From: Eutreptiella sp. 'Long Island Sound 2002'
Lineage: Eukaryota > Protista > Euglenida
Direction of reading: 5' to 3'
DNA: 64,000 bases
Assembly: GCA_964036045.1 (NCBI GenBank)
Contig: OZ038378.1
Location: 142,414,001-142,478,000, forward strand
The translations under genes were made by a program, and so were the position numbers. Below are positions 26,001 through 34,679 of the stretch, in pieces. The notes under the pieces are model-generated. The model did no database searches. It worked only from the letters and a program-made list of their open reading frames with translations, and had not been told where the DNA came from. Positions within the stretch are counted from its first letter, which is position 1. Every line of letters starts with the position of its first letter.

Positions 26001-27041
26001 ATGGCGGAATGCATGGAATTTCAGAATTACCTCCAGGCCGGAGTGCACGACTCTGTGCGAGAGGGAACCCCAGCAGCGTCCTGGGCAAAGGCAAAAATGC
26101 GGTCAACCAAGTCCCTTCGCCATCTGGGGGATTCGCGTTCGCAATGGCTCCAGACATTTGCCAGTGCCTCAGGATTTGGAGGGACAGAGGAGGCGCTCAT
26201 TGAGAATCTGATTGGCTACACGTTGACAGAGCAGGTCCAAATAAACATGACCACGGGGGCCTTTGAGAAAATCAGGGTACAGCCAGACACTGTCAACAAG
26301 GCTTCGGACCCTGCCCTGCTGAGCTTGTTAGAGGGACAGGCTGCCCTGATCAAGTCCCTCACGGAGATGGTCAACGGTCTATCGGAAGCCCCCACGCAGT
26401 CGGAAAAGTCTGTGCCACCCCTGTGCCTCAAGGAGTTACATGAGCTGGCCTTGGTATGGAACCACCCTCAATGGGTCACCAGGGTCTTGTACTACCTCAA
26501 ATGCGCGATCCTCAAGGAAGCCCTGCCGCTAGATGCCATGAGAAAGACCCCCAAGGCGGATGACGAGGCGCAGAAGCCCCTCCTCTTCAACCTCTCGGAC
26601 GACCACAAGAAAGACACCACGGTATGGACTGAGGTGGTGGGGACGGGAGATTTGGCAGGCGACGCCCCCATGGATGACAGCTCAGGCGCAACCCCCCCGG
26701 TGTTGTCCTTGAACAGCTATGTGGTGCTCATGGTGGAGTCTTTGTGGCTGCTGGTGTGGTCCTCCGTCCACTGTTACAAGGAGAGATACGAGTCGGACTC
26801 AACTTCTTCTCAACACGCATCAGCGGACCCAGACTTCACCTCGGGCCCGAGTACAGCGGGGGCACGCCTTAAAAAGGTCATGCGACGTCGTTTCAAAATG
26901 GTGGATGGGGTTGAGTACTTCGAGGTCCATAAAGGAGAGTGGGTGCGATCGGACTCCGCCCCAGTGGGGTCCTGTAAAACGTGCAAAGGTCACGGGCTCA
27001 TCGAGAGGCACTGGGTATGGAACTGCCCAAGACTCGAGTGA
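26001..27041 (+). CDS. Gag-like protein (346 aa) with a C-terminal CxxC-x-HW-x-CP zinc knuckle
   Basis: Open from ATG 26001 to TGA 27039-27041. The tail GEWVRSDSAPVGSCKTCKGHGLIERHWVWNCP matches the tail of the ORF at 34680-35312. Confidence 0.75.
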   Translation: MAECMEFQNYLQAGVHDSVREGTPAASWAKAKMRSTKSLRHLGDSRSQWLQTFASASGFGGTEEALIENLIGYTLTEQVQINMTTGAFEKIRVQPDTVNKASDPALLSLLEGQAALIKSLTEMVNGLSEAPTQSEKSVPPLCLKELHELALVWNHPQWVTRVLYYLKCAILKEALPLDAMRKTPKADDEAQKPLLFNLSDDHKKDTTVWTEVVGTGDLAGDAPMDDSSGATPPVLSLNSYVVLMVESLWLLVWSSVHCYKERYESDSTSSQHASADPDFTSGPSTAGARLKKVMRRRFKMVDGVEYFEVHKGEWVRSDSAPVGSCKTCKGHGLIERHWVWNCPRLE

Positions 27042-27986
27042 CGGGACTTGGCGGCCCGGCCGGTGGACGCGACATCAATGCTACAACGGCTGAACCGCTT
27101 CTGAAAGGGGGGGCCTGTGCTGGCACCCACCCCTGTGGCTGCCTAGGACGTCATCGACTGGCCGGCGGTGGTGGATGCATGGCAAATCTTGGGAGAGACC
27201 GACCCCACGGAGTGCCCAGCGGCCTGTCTGGTTTCAACATGGCAGCCATCGACACCAAAAACCCAGACGAGCCACCTTCGACGATTTGCCCAATTCGGGG
27301 GCGCTGTCCAGCCAGGGGACATGCAGGCGTTGGCGGAACAGGTCCTGCTCTCCATGTTTGCCCAGGGCCAAAAGGCGGCGGCGGCCAGAGGATGCATATA
27401 CGCCCTCAAGGCAGTGGCTACCTTGGGGTGCATCCCCCCCCTGCAATGGGACAGGCTGTGGAGAATTTCAAAGGCGGCAGTGGATTCCCCGGGAAAACGA
27501 CAGTTCAGAGGGCCCGACCTACTCCAGCTCATGACCGAATAATGATCCAGGGTGGGGGAGTGGAAAGTCTATGCCGCAGCGGTCCTATCCTTCGCCACGC
27601 TCTGCAGAGTGGGAGAAATATCGTCGCTTCGCCGCTCGAACATCTCCAAAGTGGGAATCACGTACCAGGGGATCAAACGAGACCATCGCCAGATCACGAG
27701 ACGACTGGGGCCATACGCGCAGGCATGGGCTACGTGGCTCCGCAGGATCGCACCCGGCGAGGCGCCAGCATTGGGACGAGCAGCGGATCTCGAAATGGGT
27801 ATGGCCAAGCTCTTGCAGGGCACCGACAGAGGAGAGGCCAGGGGGCATGCCTGGAGACGAGCGGGCGCAACCTACCTCCGGTGGTTGGGACTTCCGTGGA
27901 GGCACCTCCTGTGGTGGGGTAGATGGCACAGCATCAAAATTGCTCACCTGTACGCGTCTCCCCCCGACGAATTTGAATGTGTGTAG
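27042..27986 (+). pseudogene. Tyrosine recombinase of a YR retroelement, with four premature in-frame stops
   Basis: Catalytic motifs are present: LCRVGE (R), GIKRD (K), GHAWRR (HxxR), WGRW and HLYAS (Y). Stops at 27102, 27144, 27540 and 27543. Confidence 0.85.
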
Positions 27987-28594
27987 ACTACGCGACTGCC
28001 TTGGCCAGCCACTGAAGGAATCCGCTGGAGAAGAACCGATATCAGGGATAACAGCGAGGAGCCACAATATGCCTGAATTGTGTTTTGCTTTGTTCGTAAA
28101 ACTTAACTCGTACGCGTTGGTTTTCTCTTTGTTGGAAATTTATCATTTTTCATGGAAAATTCATGTGTGGGGTATCACCTTACCCATCCCAACCCCTATT
28201 TGCACTTCCCCTGTACCACTGGGTGCCACTGCAGACATTGCCGACCGTAGGTCGCCTTCTCCCTCCGCAGAGTGTCCCGAAAACCATACTGAATCACCTC
28301 GAAGAGAGGTTGTTAGATCAAGCGCAGGCGCGAGCGGCGTATACCCCCCTTTTTTGGGGTCATTCGCGTAGCATACCCCAAGGTATGATATTGGATGTCC
28401 AAACCCTTGTAAAATCATTATTTTGCCCAATAAGACCATCCCCCAATGCATTTTTTGATTCTGAGGCCTCTATCCCCTAAAAGTGGATATCACTTTTTTT
28501 GGGGGGTGGGGGGGTGGGGGTGGGGATGTGTGGGGGGGGGGTCAGAAGTTTTCGCTCAACAGGCTTCAAGCAATGGGGAGGCTTACGGTTACCG

Positions 28595-28665
28595 CATCAA
28601 CGCCGGTCGAATGGTAAAGCGCCCGACGCATGGTTTAGAGTCGGTGGTTCGAACCCTGGCCTGCT
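28595..28665 (+). ncRNA. tRNA-derived Pol III-type element (pseudo-tRNA/SINE-like)
   Basis: A-box-like ccggtcgaatggt at 28603-28615 and B-box ggttcgaaccc at 28646-28656. No convincing cloverleaf. Confidence 0.35.
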
Positions 28666-28699
28666 AACTTTTGCAGCGGCGGCGCCGCTTCAAATATTT

Positions 28700-28770
28700 A
28701 CCGCGCCACGGTTCGAACCGCTTACCCAAAATTTTGCGGTCGCATGCATTACCATTCGGCCACTACCGAT
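28700..28770 (-). ncRNA. tRNA-derived Pol III-type element, convergent with the previous one
   Basis: The minus strand reads gtggccgaatggt (A-box) ... ggttcgaaccg (B-box). Acceptor and anticodon stems do not pair. Confidence 0.35.
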
Positions 28771-28962
28771 TCTGGCGACCGGAATGTTCCCGACTGCTGG
28801 ATAAAGTGTCTGCTACTAACAAAAAACCCAAAGTGTGTGTTTCTGTCTGACGGACTGCTGGCCTGTCTAACTGACTGATTGGCTGACTGTCAACATCTCT
28901 TTGAGGTGTACTGCCGAAGGCAATAGAATTTTCCCAAAACCTTGCTTTCAGACTGTCCTCTG

Positions 28963-29155
28963 ACACGTACGTATTGGCAGTGCAACACGTACGCGTTGGG
29001 TGCGCGGCGCGTACGTGTTGGTGTTTAGACGCGTACGCGTTAGTAACTTAACACGTACGCGTCAGCTCACCAACGCGTACGTGTTAGATTACCGACGCGT
29101 ACGTGTTGATCTGTTGGTGCGTACGCAGTTCGTACGCACCGCCTACGTGTTACGT
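28963..29155. repeat. CGTACG palindrome array (left), 9 copies, mostly CGTACGYGTT
   Basis: Counted by eye; spacing ~20-25 bp. Confidence 0.9.
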
Positions 29156-29160
29156 GGTAT

Positions 29161-29235
29161 GGCAGCTGGTTGGTCTAGTGGTATGTGCATGTTACCTACG
29201 TTTCGAAACCGTGGGTTCAAACCCTTGCATACACA
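29161..29235 (+). ncRNA. tRNA-derived Pol III-type element
   Basis: A-box tggtctagtgg at 29171-29181 and B-box ggttcaaaccc at 29214-29224. Stems degenerate. Confidence 0.4.
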
Positions 29236-29768
29236 CTGCGTCTGCATCGCAGGAAGGAACCGCAAGACCAGGGGCCCACAACGGACGAGGAGGACTTACC
29301 CCATGGGGCGCAACCAACAAATACAGGCGCTGAAGATCGGCAATCAAATGCGATCACCGGCTGCCCTTCGTTTTTTTAGCAATAAGGCCTACAGAGGGCT
29401 GGTCTGTTGTGGTTGTCCCAGCGTGGGCTGGGCTGGTCTTGTTGGAGCCACCATCTCTGCGCCGGAGGCTGTTCGACGACGAGGTGGCTGGTGCTGGGCT
29501 GGAGCTATTGTTGGAGTTGGCCAGGCCAAGGTTCGAACCGAGGAGCCCTGCCGCCGGAGTCTACGCCCATAACCACTCATCCACAGACGAACGTTGCTCA
29601 GTTTGGTTGCCGTAACCTGAACCACCCCTCCCTTGCAAAGAGCATCACTGCACCAGAACAGCATGTTGAATGCAAAGTGCATTGAAGACGAAGTATACTT
29701 GCCCAAAGCAATTCAATGGAATCCCGAATCAAATATCATGCACAACAGCCGAAACACCATACATACTG

Positions 29769-31472
29769 CTAAGGAGCATTGGCCTTCCAATACGTTTTGT
29801 GTTCCTTCACGTGTGGTTGTTGTGTCCATGCACGCACCCACACATCCCACCCCATCTTTAACAAACCCCAATCCAGATTATCATTTTTTACAACTTCCCT
29901 CCACCCTTTCACAAAAACTCGCCTCACCAGTCTACCTCTCCGTCCCCGTACCCCCCCTTTTACTTTCCTTGCCCCCCCCTTGAAGCTCCTAAACCGAATC
30001 TCCGTTTTCAGAGTCTTGTGCCTTTCTTCTGCCTTGAAGGCAGCAAAGGCACCAAGGGCATGCCACTGCTTAGCAAACCCAAGCATGTGGTCAACCCAAA
30101 GGTGCACCCACAGGGTTTGCACCAATTGGCACCTTTTGTGATGCACTGCCATTTGCGGTAGCACATTTTTTAGGGTTTCAATTTCTTGGGCTCTTAAGAG
30201 ACCCTCCTTTTTGGCAATGGTTGCACTTTTGTGCAAACAGTCCCACCACCAATCAAAATTTTGCGCCCATGTGTGTCCCCCTTCCACGACATGTTGCAAG
30301 AGACCTTCATTGTTAAGGGCTACAATGAGGGGACCCCAAGCCTTTGTGGAAACAAATAGAATTGCTGCGCTTTGTTCACAACGGAGTGATGGTTTTTCAC
30401 CCCCCTGCCCTGCGATGTCTTGAGGTGCAACACTGTGTGAGGCAACCCTGCAAGGATTTACATGGGTCCACACCCATGTAACAGCGCGCCTCTTCGTGAA
30501 GCCATGGTGTTGCACAAGAGCCCTCCAACACCCATCAAGGCCACTTTGAGTAACACGTGTCACCCCATGCAATGCATAGTGAGGAGGCCTTTACTTGGGC
30601 AAAATGCTATGTAGCACCTGCCCGTACCAGGTCCAGTGTGACACAATGGGTGAAAGTCCCTTCCCAAAGTCGCAACCGCAACGTGTCCTGCATTTTCCAC
30701 ATACCCAACACACTGGGTCTACATTGGTGCAGTTCCATCTTTTCATGCCTGCCATTGCCTGTTGTGCCACGACATCTGCAACCAGGAAAATTTTTTGGTT
30801 TTGCCATGTAACCCCCTTGTACTTCATACTTTGTGTTTAGGGCCTCTTGCACCTGCTCATCCATTTTGCTAACCCTTGTGAGTGATCGTAGCAGAGCACG
30901 TTTTTCAGAGCCGTGTGAAATGCATCAGCTACCAAGCGGGTTACCCGATCCAAGCCCTCCAAGCATAAAAAAAAGTGCCGCTTGTTTAGTTGTGTACCAT
31001 CCACAGAAAGGCGTACCCCGAGGTTCGGGTACAAATTTCCCTTACGGGTGGCCATCATGAGTCCCAGTTTCTCTCTCAAATTTGTACCGGCCCCCAGCAA
31101 TTTGTGGTCCCCGTCCATTGCATTGTAGTCAACTACTGGAGGTGCACTAAGTTCGTCCTTCACTCTTTTGACTTCATCCAGGGGGCATTTAATCCGGAAT
31201 GTGGGGATGGAGTATTGTAGGGCCCGCCAGCTTTTGCCCTCTTTGCGGCAATCCCACAGGAGGGCCTCTACATGCCACATCTGGTTTTGGGGCATGGGCC
31301 CATCCGTCGTTTTCAAAATGAGGGTGCTCACGTTTTCGCCAGCTTGTACTTGCCAGGTCGGACCAAGAATTTCCGTGACTGCCGTTTGCAGTTCCGCCAT
31401 CCGTTCCCATATCTTAGTCCTTCCCAGCTGTTGGTGCTCCTTAAATGGGGGCCTATTCCTTGAGTGGGGCAA
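29769..31472 (-). pseudogene. DDE transposase of the Transib/RAG1-CMC group, disrupted by ~2 frameshifts and one in-frame stop
   Basis: In order on the minus strand: RLSVDG (D 30999-31001), FLVAD..G (D 30774-30776), CWVC (30699-30710), ALHG (H 30567-30569), TLWVHLWVDH (H 30102-30104 and 30087-30089), LGAFAAFKAEERHK (E 30027-30029). These parallel RAG1 D600, D708, C727/C730, H795, H937/H942 and E962. Confidence 0.75.
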
Positions 31473-31554
31473 AAAAAAACCCTAGGGAAAGACAACAAGG
31501 GGGGGGGGGTGCATGGACACAACAAGGTTCGCATGTATAGGCACCAGTGCAACA

Positions 31555-31805
31555 CTCAACACGTACGTGTGCACGTACGAGTCGGCACAGCAACGCGTAC
31601 GCGTTTCATTTTTAATGCGTACGTTCCACAACAGCGAATCGTACGTTTCATGAACCCAACGCGTACGTGCCAGAACAGCGAATCGTACGTGTCATGTACC
31701 CAGCGCGTACGCGCCAGCACAGCAACACGTACGATGCAACACCGTACCGCGTACACACCCCGCACTCCAATGCGTACGCGCCCCTTCCACAACGCGTGCG
31801 TGTTG
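31555..31805. repeat. CGTACG palindrome array (right), 10 copies, often AACRCGTACG, i.e. inverted relative to the left array
   Basis: Counted by eye. The flanking context is the reverse complement of that in the 28963-29155 array. Confidence 0.9.
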
Positions 31806-31830
31806 ACGCACAGTGCACCCATTGCACATG

Positions 31831-32418
31831 CTACCCAGCACACAGCCTGAACCCAAGACTCCGCAGCAGCTGCAGGTCCTCCCACGACACCTTGCCGCGG
31901 CCGACCTGGGTAAAAAACACCAGTGCGTAGCGTTCACCACGCCACGGGGCTGGCATGTGCAAAGCACCACCGCAAAAAACGACCCCATTCCGGGCATCCA
32001 ATGCCACCCCATCCTCATCCACCCTATCATGCCCCTCTGGCCCTGCAACACATGTCATTGTGTAGGGGCGGGTTCCCTTTGTGGGGAACACGAGCCCCGC
32101 CTCTTCCACACAAAACTCCCCACCTGAAAAATCACCAGCAGTCGCAATGGCACTCAAGGGCAGGTGGTCCTGGTTCTTATGCCCTGGCATTGTGGTTGAA
32201 GGGGAAACAACATGGTTCACTTGGATGGCAGTCCAAGTGAACCACGATGGCAACCTTGCGCGCCCGTAGGCATTGATGGCTGCGCACACCTTTGGGAAGT
32301 TGCGTGTTGCAGCAGCCACACGGACATTGCCACGCTGCACCACCCCAAACAACGCGGAACGAAATCGTACTCCCCACCTGTCCTTGGAATGCCATGCCCC
32401 ATCCAACCCCTCCAACAA
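31831..32418 (-). CDS. 2OG-Fe(II) dioxygenase, TET/JBP-like; the HxD motif reads HKN, so it may be inactivated
   Basis: Uninterrupted 195 codons: FTWTAIQVN..H80-K-N82..AGDFSGGEF..VVFCGGALH154..GER163YALVFF..LLRSLGF. This matches the JBP/TET-type DSBH layout (S/T-x-VN, HxD, GG-hydrophobic, distal H, RxSxV). The probable ATG is near 32425, with a 1-nt shift in a T run. Confidence 0.75.
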   Translation of the reverse strand: MLEGLDGAWHSKDRWGVRFRSALFGVVQRGNVRVAAATRNFPKVCAAINAYGRARLPSWFTWTAIQVNHVVSPSTTMPGHKNQDHLPLSAIATAGDFSGGEFCVEEAGLVFPTKGTRPYTMTCVAGPEGHDRVDEDGVALDARNGVVFCGGALHMPAPWRGERYALVFFTQVGRGKVSWEDLQLLRSLGFRLCAG

Positions 32419-32460
32419 AAAACATATGTGAGGGGAGGGGAGAGCAGCAGCCCCTGGGAG

Positions 32461-32873
32461 TCAACTACCATTACCACCATCACGGCCTCTGCCACCGCCA
32501 CTACCACTGCCACTGGGCTGCTCTGCCGCCTTGCCTAACTGTAGACTCCGCACAGTGTACTTGTCCCTCAATGATGTAAGGGCACGCAGAGTCTTCTCCC
32601 CTTGTGTCGACTCCTTGCATCGATGAGTGAATCCCTCAGGTCCTCAATGTATGTGGTGGCCTGAACAAGGCCATCCCTGATTTCCATTGCTGCCAGTTGC
32701 AAAAAATTCTTCTGATCTTCCACATCTTTCCCCCCCTCCCCAAGGCCAGGGCTGGCTGCGCCTTTCTTGCTTGCCCTCACAGAGGCATCGTGCAGCTTCT
32801 CTCTTAAGTCCCTAATCTCATTGTCCTTTTCTCTTCGCTCATCCTCCCACTTTGCACGCTCTTCCCTCAGCAT
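32461..32873 (-). pseudogene. Coiled-coil protein of unknown function with one frameshift and a Gly/Ser-rich tail
   Basis: LREERAKWEDERREKDNEIRDLREKL. A shifted frame continues TLRALTSLRDKY..QPSGSGSGGGRGRDGGNGS* just upstream of the dioxygenase. Confidence 0.45.
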
Positions 32874-32994
32874 TTAATACGCAAGTCATTGTTCAATTAC
32901 TCAGTGGCCACTGAACATGGTCACTGGATAGGGGCGACTGGGCGAATGCGGTTTCCAATGCAGGTGCCTTGGACTCCACACGCCTGCATTCCCC

Positions 32995-33102
32995 CTAAGA
33001 AGAATGAAAGCGGTAAAAACTTTGCAACGCTTCTCGTGCATAAAACTGCACGTCGCGATCTTTGTCATTGGACAGACGTGTCAAAACGGGCAAAATTAAT
33101 GC
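32995..33102 (-). CDS. Putative terminal exon (or captured fragment) encoding a HEAT repeat like the last repeat of the PP2A scaffold A subunit
   Basis: ALILPVLTRLSNDKDRDVQFYAREALQSF resembles the PP2A-A C-terminus (..[22 protein letters not shown]). It is preceded by CTGcgcgT|G, with CTG at -8..-6. Confidence 0.55.
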   Translation of the reverse strand, partial: ALILPVLTRLSNDKDRDVQFYAREALQSFYRFHSS

Positions 33103-33809
33103 ACGCGCAGAAGCATGCATACGCATGCAGACATGAGGTCTGCCCTTGCCACTAACCTCTCGTTTGCGTATGTCCTTCACGTTGATTCGTGTTAATTTGG
33201 CCCGTTGTCAATTTGACTACACGGGCCTCTGGGCCTAGCAGAGCTCGCATTGTACAGTTTGCTAGCTCTTCGCGTACGCCACAGCGTGTGTACGGCGGCG
33301 AAGTGCAGGTGAGCGAGTCTGGCCCATCGAGTTGGGTGGAGTGCAGTATTTGCCCTCGCAAGTTTTCGCTAGGGAGAGACTAAGTCTTTCGCCGGAAGCC
33401 GCCGGATCCCTCACTCTCATGTTGACCGTGCTCAACCCCATACCCTTCAACGGTGCTCAAAAAGGGCGTGAAACCGATCCGCCGCTCTTTATGTCCGTTG
33501 CGATCGGCGTTATCCCTGTTGCGCGAGTTGGAAATCGACACCATCCTAGTAATTGCAGTCCTAGCGAACCTCCCCGCTACCCTTGGCTAGTTGACCCCGA
33601 ATGTTGAGCATCTGGTGAAGACGAAAGTGATCGCCTTTTGTCACCTGCAGCGGCCGCCTTTACGCCTATTGTTTTGCTTCAAGCACCAGGCATCCTGCTC
33701 AGCATTTTCATGCTTGATTCGCACTCACACACATACACGTTCGTCACTGTGTTGTCAGCCGTCGTGGCCGTGTTGGTGCGACAAGACTCGTAGTTAGAGA
33801 TCGGAAACT

Positions 33810-34121
33810 TCACACACCACTAGGATGGTAGGGCCATTCACCTTGAGGTAACGGCACACCCAATGAAAAATACATTGTGCACATGTGTGCCAAGAGAAAG
33901 GCGAAAGAGTACCACGTTTTGTTGCAGTGGCCACACGGGCATGCCATGGTCCCCGTGGGGGTTAACTTTAAATGCAATCCGGGGTGAGCGCAAGATTGCA
34001 TGTCCATGAATGGGTTTGTGACCAACATGCATTTACAACTCTTTGTGCCTGGCATGCTAGGGTCCATGTGGTTCAGTGTACAAGGCATTGTAGGTACACT
34101 TGACCTTTCTTCCGGCCGCAT
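33810..34121 (-). pseudogene. ORF fragment with a C2H2-like zinc-finger motif
   Basis: CGHCNKTWYSFAFLLAH is CxxC-x12-H; the second His is absent. Confidence 0.25.
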
Positions 34122-34600
34122 AATATTTCTGCACGTAGGCGTAGTTGCGGTGGAAAATGAGACTTTTTCCCCGTTGGACCATTACTCAGTGCGGTTGTAC
34201 CTTTACACCCTACTGGCTCAGGCGCCACCAGGTAATGCTCTAGTGTGGGCTTGTTTCAAACTTGGCACAACCGTCTCTGAGCAACATTGACAGTTGTTTG
34301 CACATGGGTGTGACGTTTTGCTCTGCAAACCCCCGGAAGCTCTTTATCACACATGCACTCATTTTGTCACTTCTTTGACGATCTCAGTGCAAGCCGTTTT
34401 TTGACCTCCCGGGACACCCGACACAGTTCGGGGACTATTTTGTCTGCAGCATAAGTTTCGCACAACCTCATGTCAACACATCCCTGGTGGCGGCTCAATG
34501 CACAGATGGCAAGATGACTGCTGCACCTAAAGCTACTCGTCAGGCATGGATGTTTTGGGGGCTTGAGAGCTGTTTGGAGGTTACCCATCTACAGGGTGTT

Positions 34601-34666
34601 CACTAGTTGTGCCTCGTCTCAACTTTTGTTTGCGTCTCCAATGTTTAGGCAGTTTTCCTGTCTTTG
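34601..34666 (+). repeat. Split direct repeat A1
   Basis: cactagttgtgcctcgtctcaacttttgtttgcgtctccaatgtttaggcagttttcctgtctttg. Confidence 0.95.
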
Positions 34667-34679
34667 TTTTTGTTAACCC

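Larger units (their letters stand above)
25950..28080 (+). mobile_element. YR retroelement derivative 1: gag-like plus tyrosine recombinase, no RT/RH (ends approximate)
   Basis: The gag knuckle and YR motifs are homologous to those of the full element at 34601-41045. No RT follows, and no terminal repeats were recognised. Confidence 0.8.

Noticed and set aside
28595-29235. Functional tRNA genes
   Set aside because: A and B boxes are present but acceptor and anticodon stems do not pair; kept only as tRNA-derived elements.
31809-31815. CACAGTG heptamer at the edge of the right CGTACG array, suggesting a RAG recombination signal
   Set aside because: No ACAAAAACC-like nonamer at 12- or 23-bp spacing, no matching CAC-starting TIR on the left, and no 5-bp TSD.
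33262-33450. LSTV..RDPAASGERLSLSLAK as the penultimate PP2A-A HEAT exon
   Set aside because: Similarity is weak, with misplaced residues and no splice signature; likely chance.
28000-34600. RAG2-like (kelch-PHD) partner gene beside the RAG1-like transposase
   Set aside because: No kelch repeats seen; the only PHD relic is 30 kb away inside a different TIR element.
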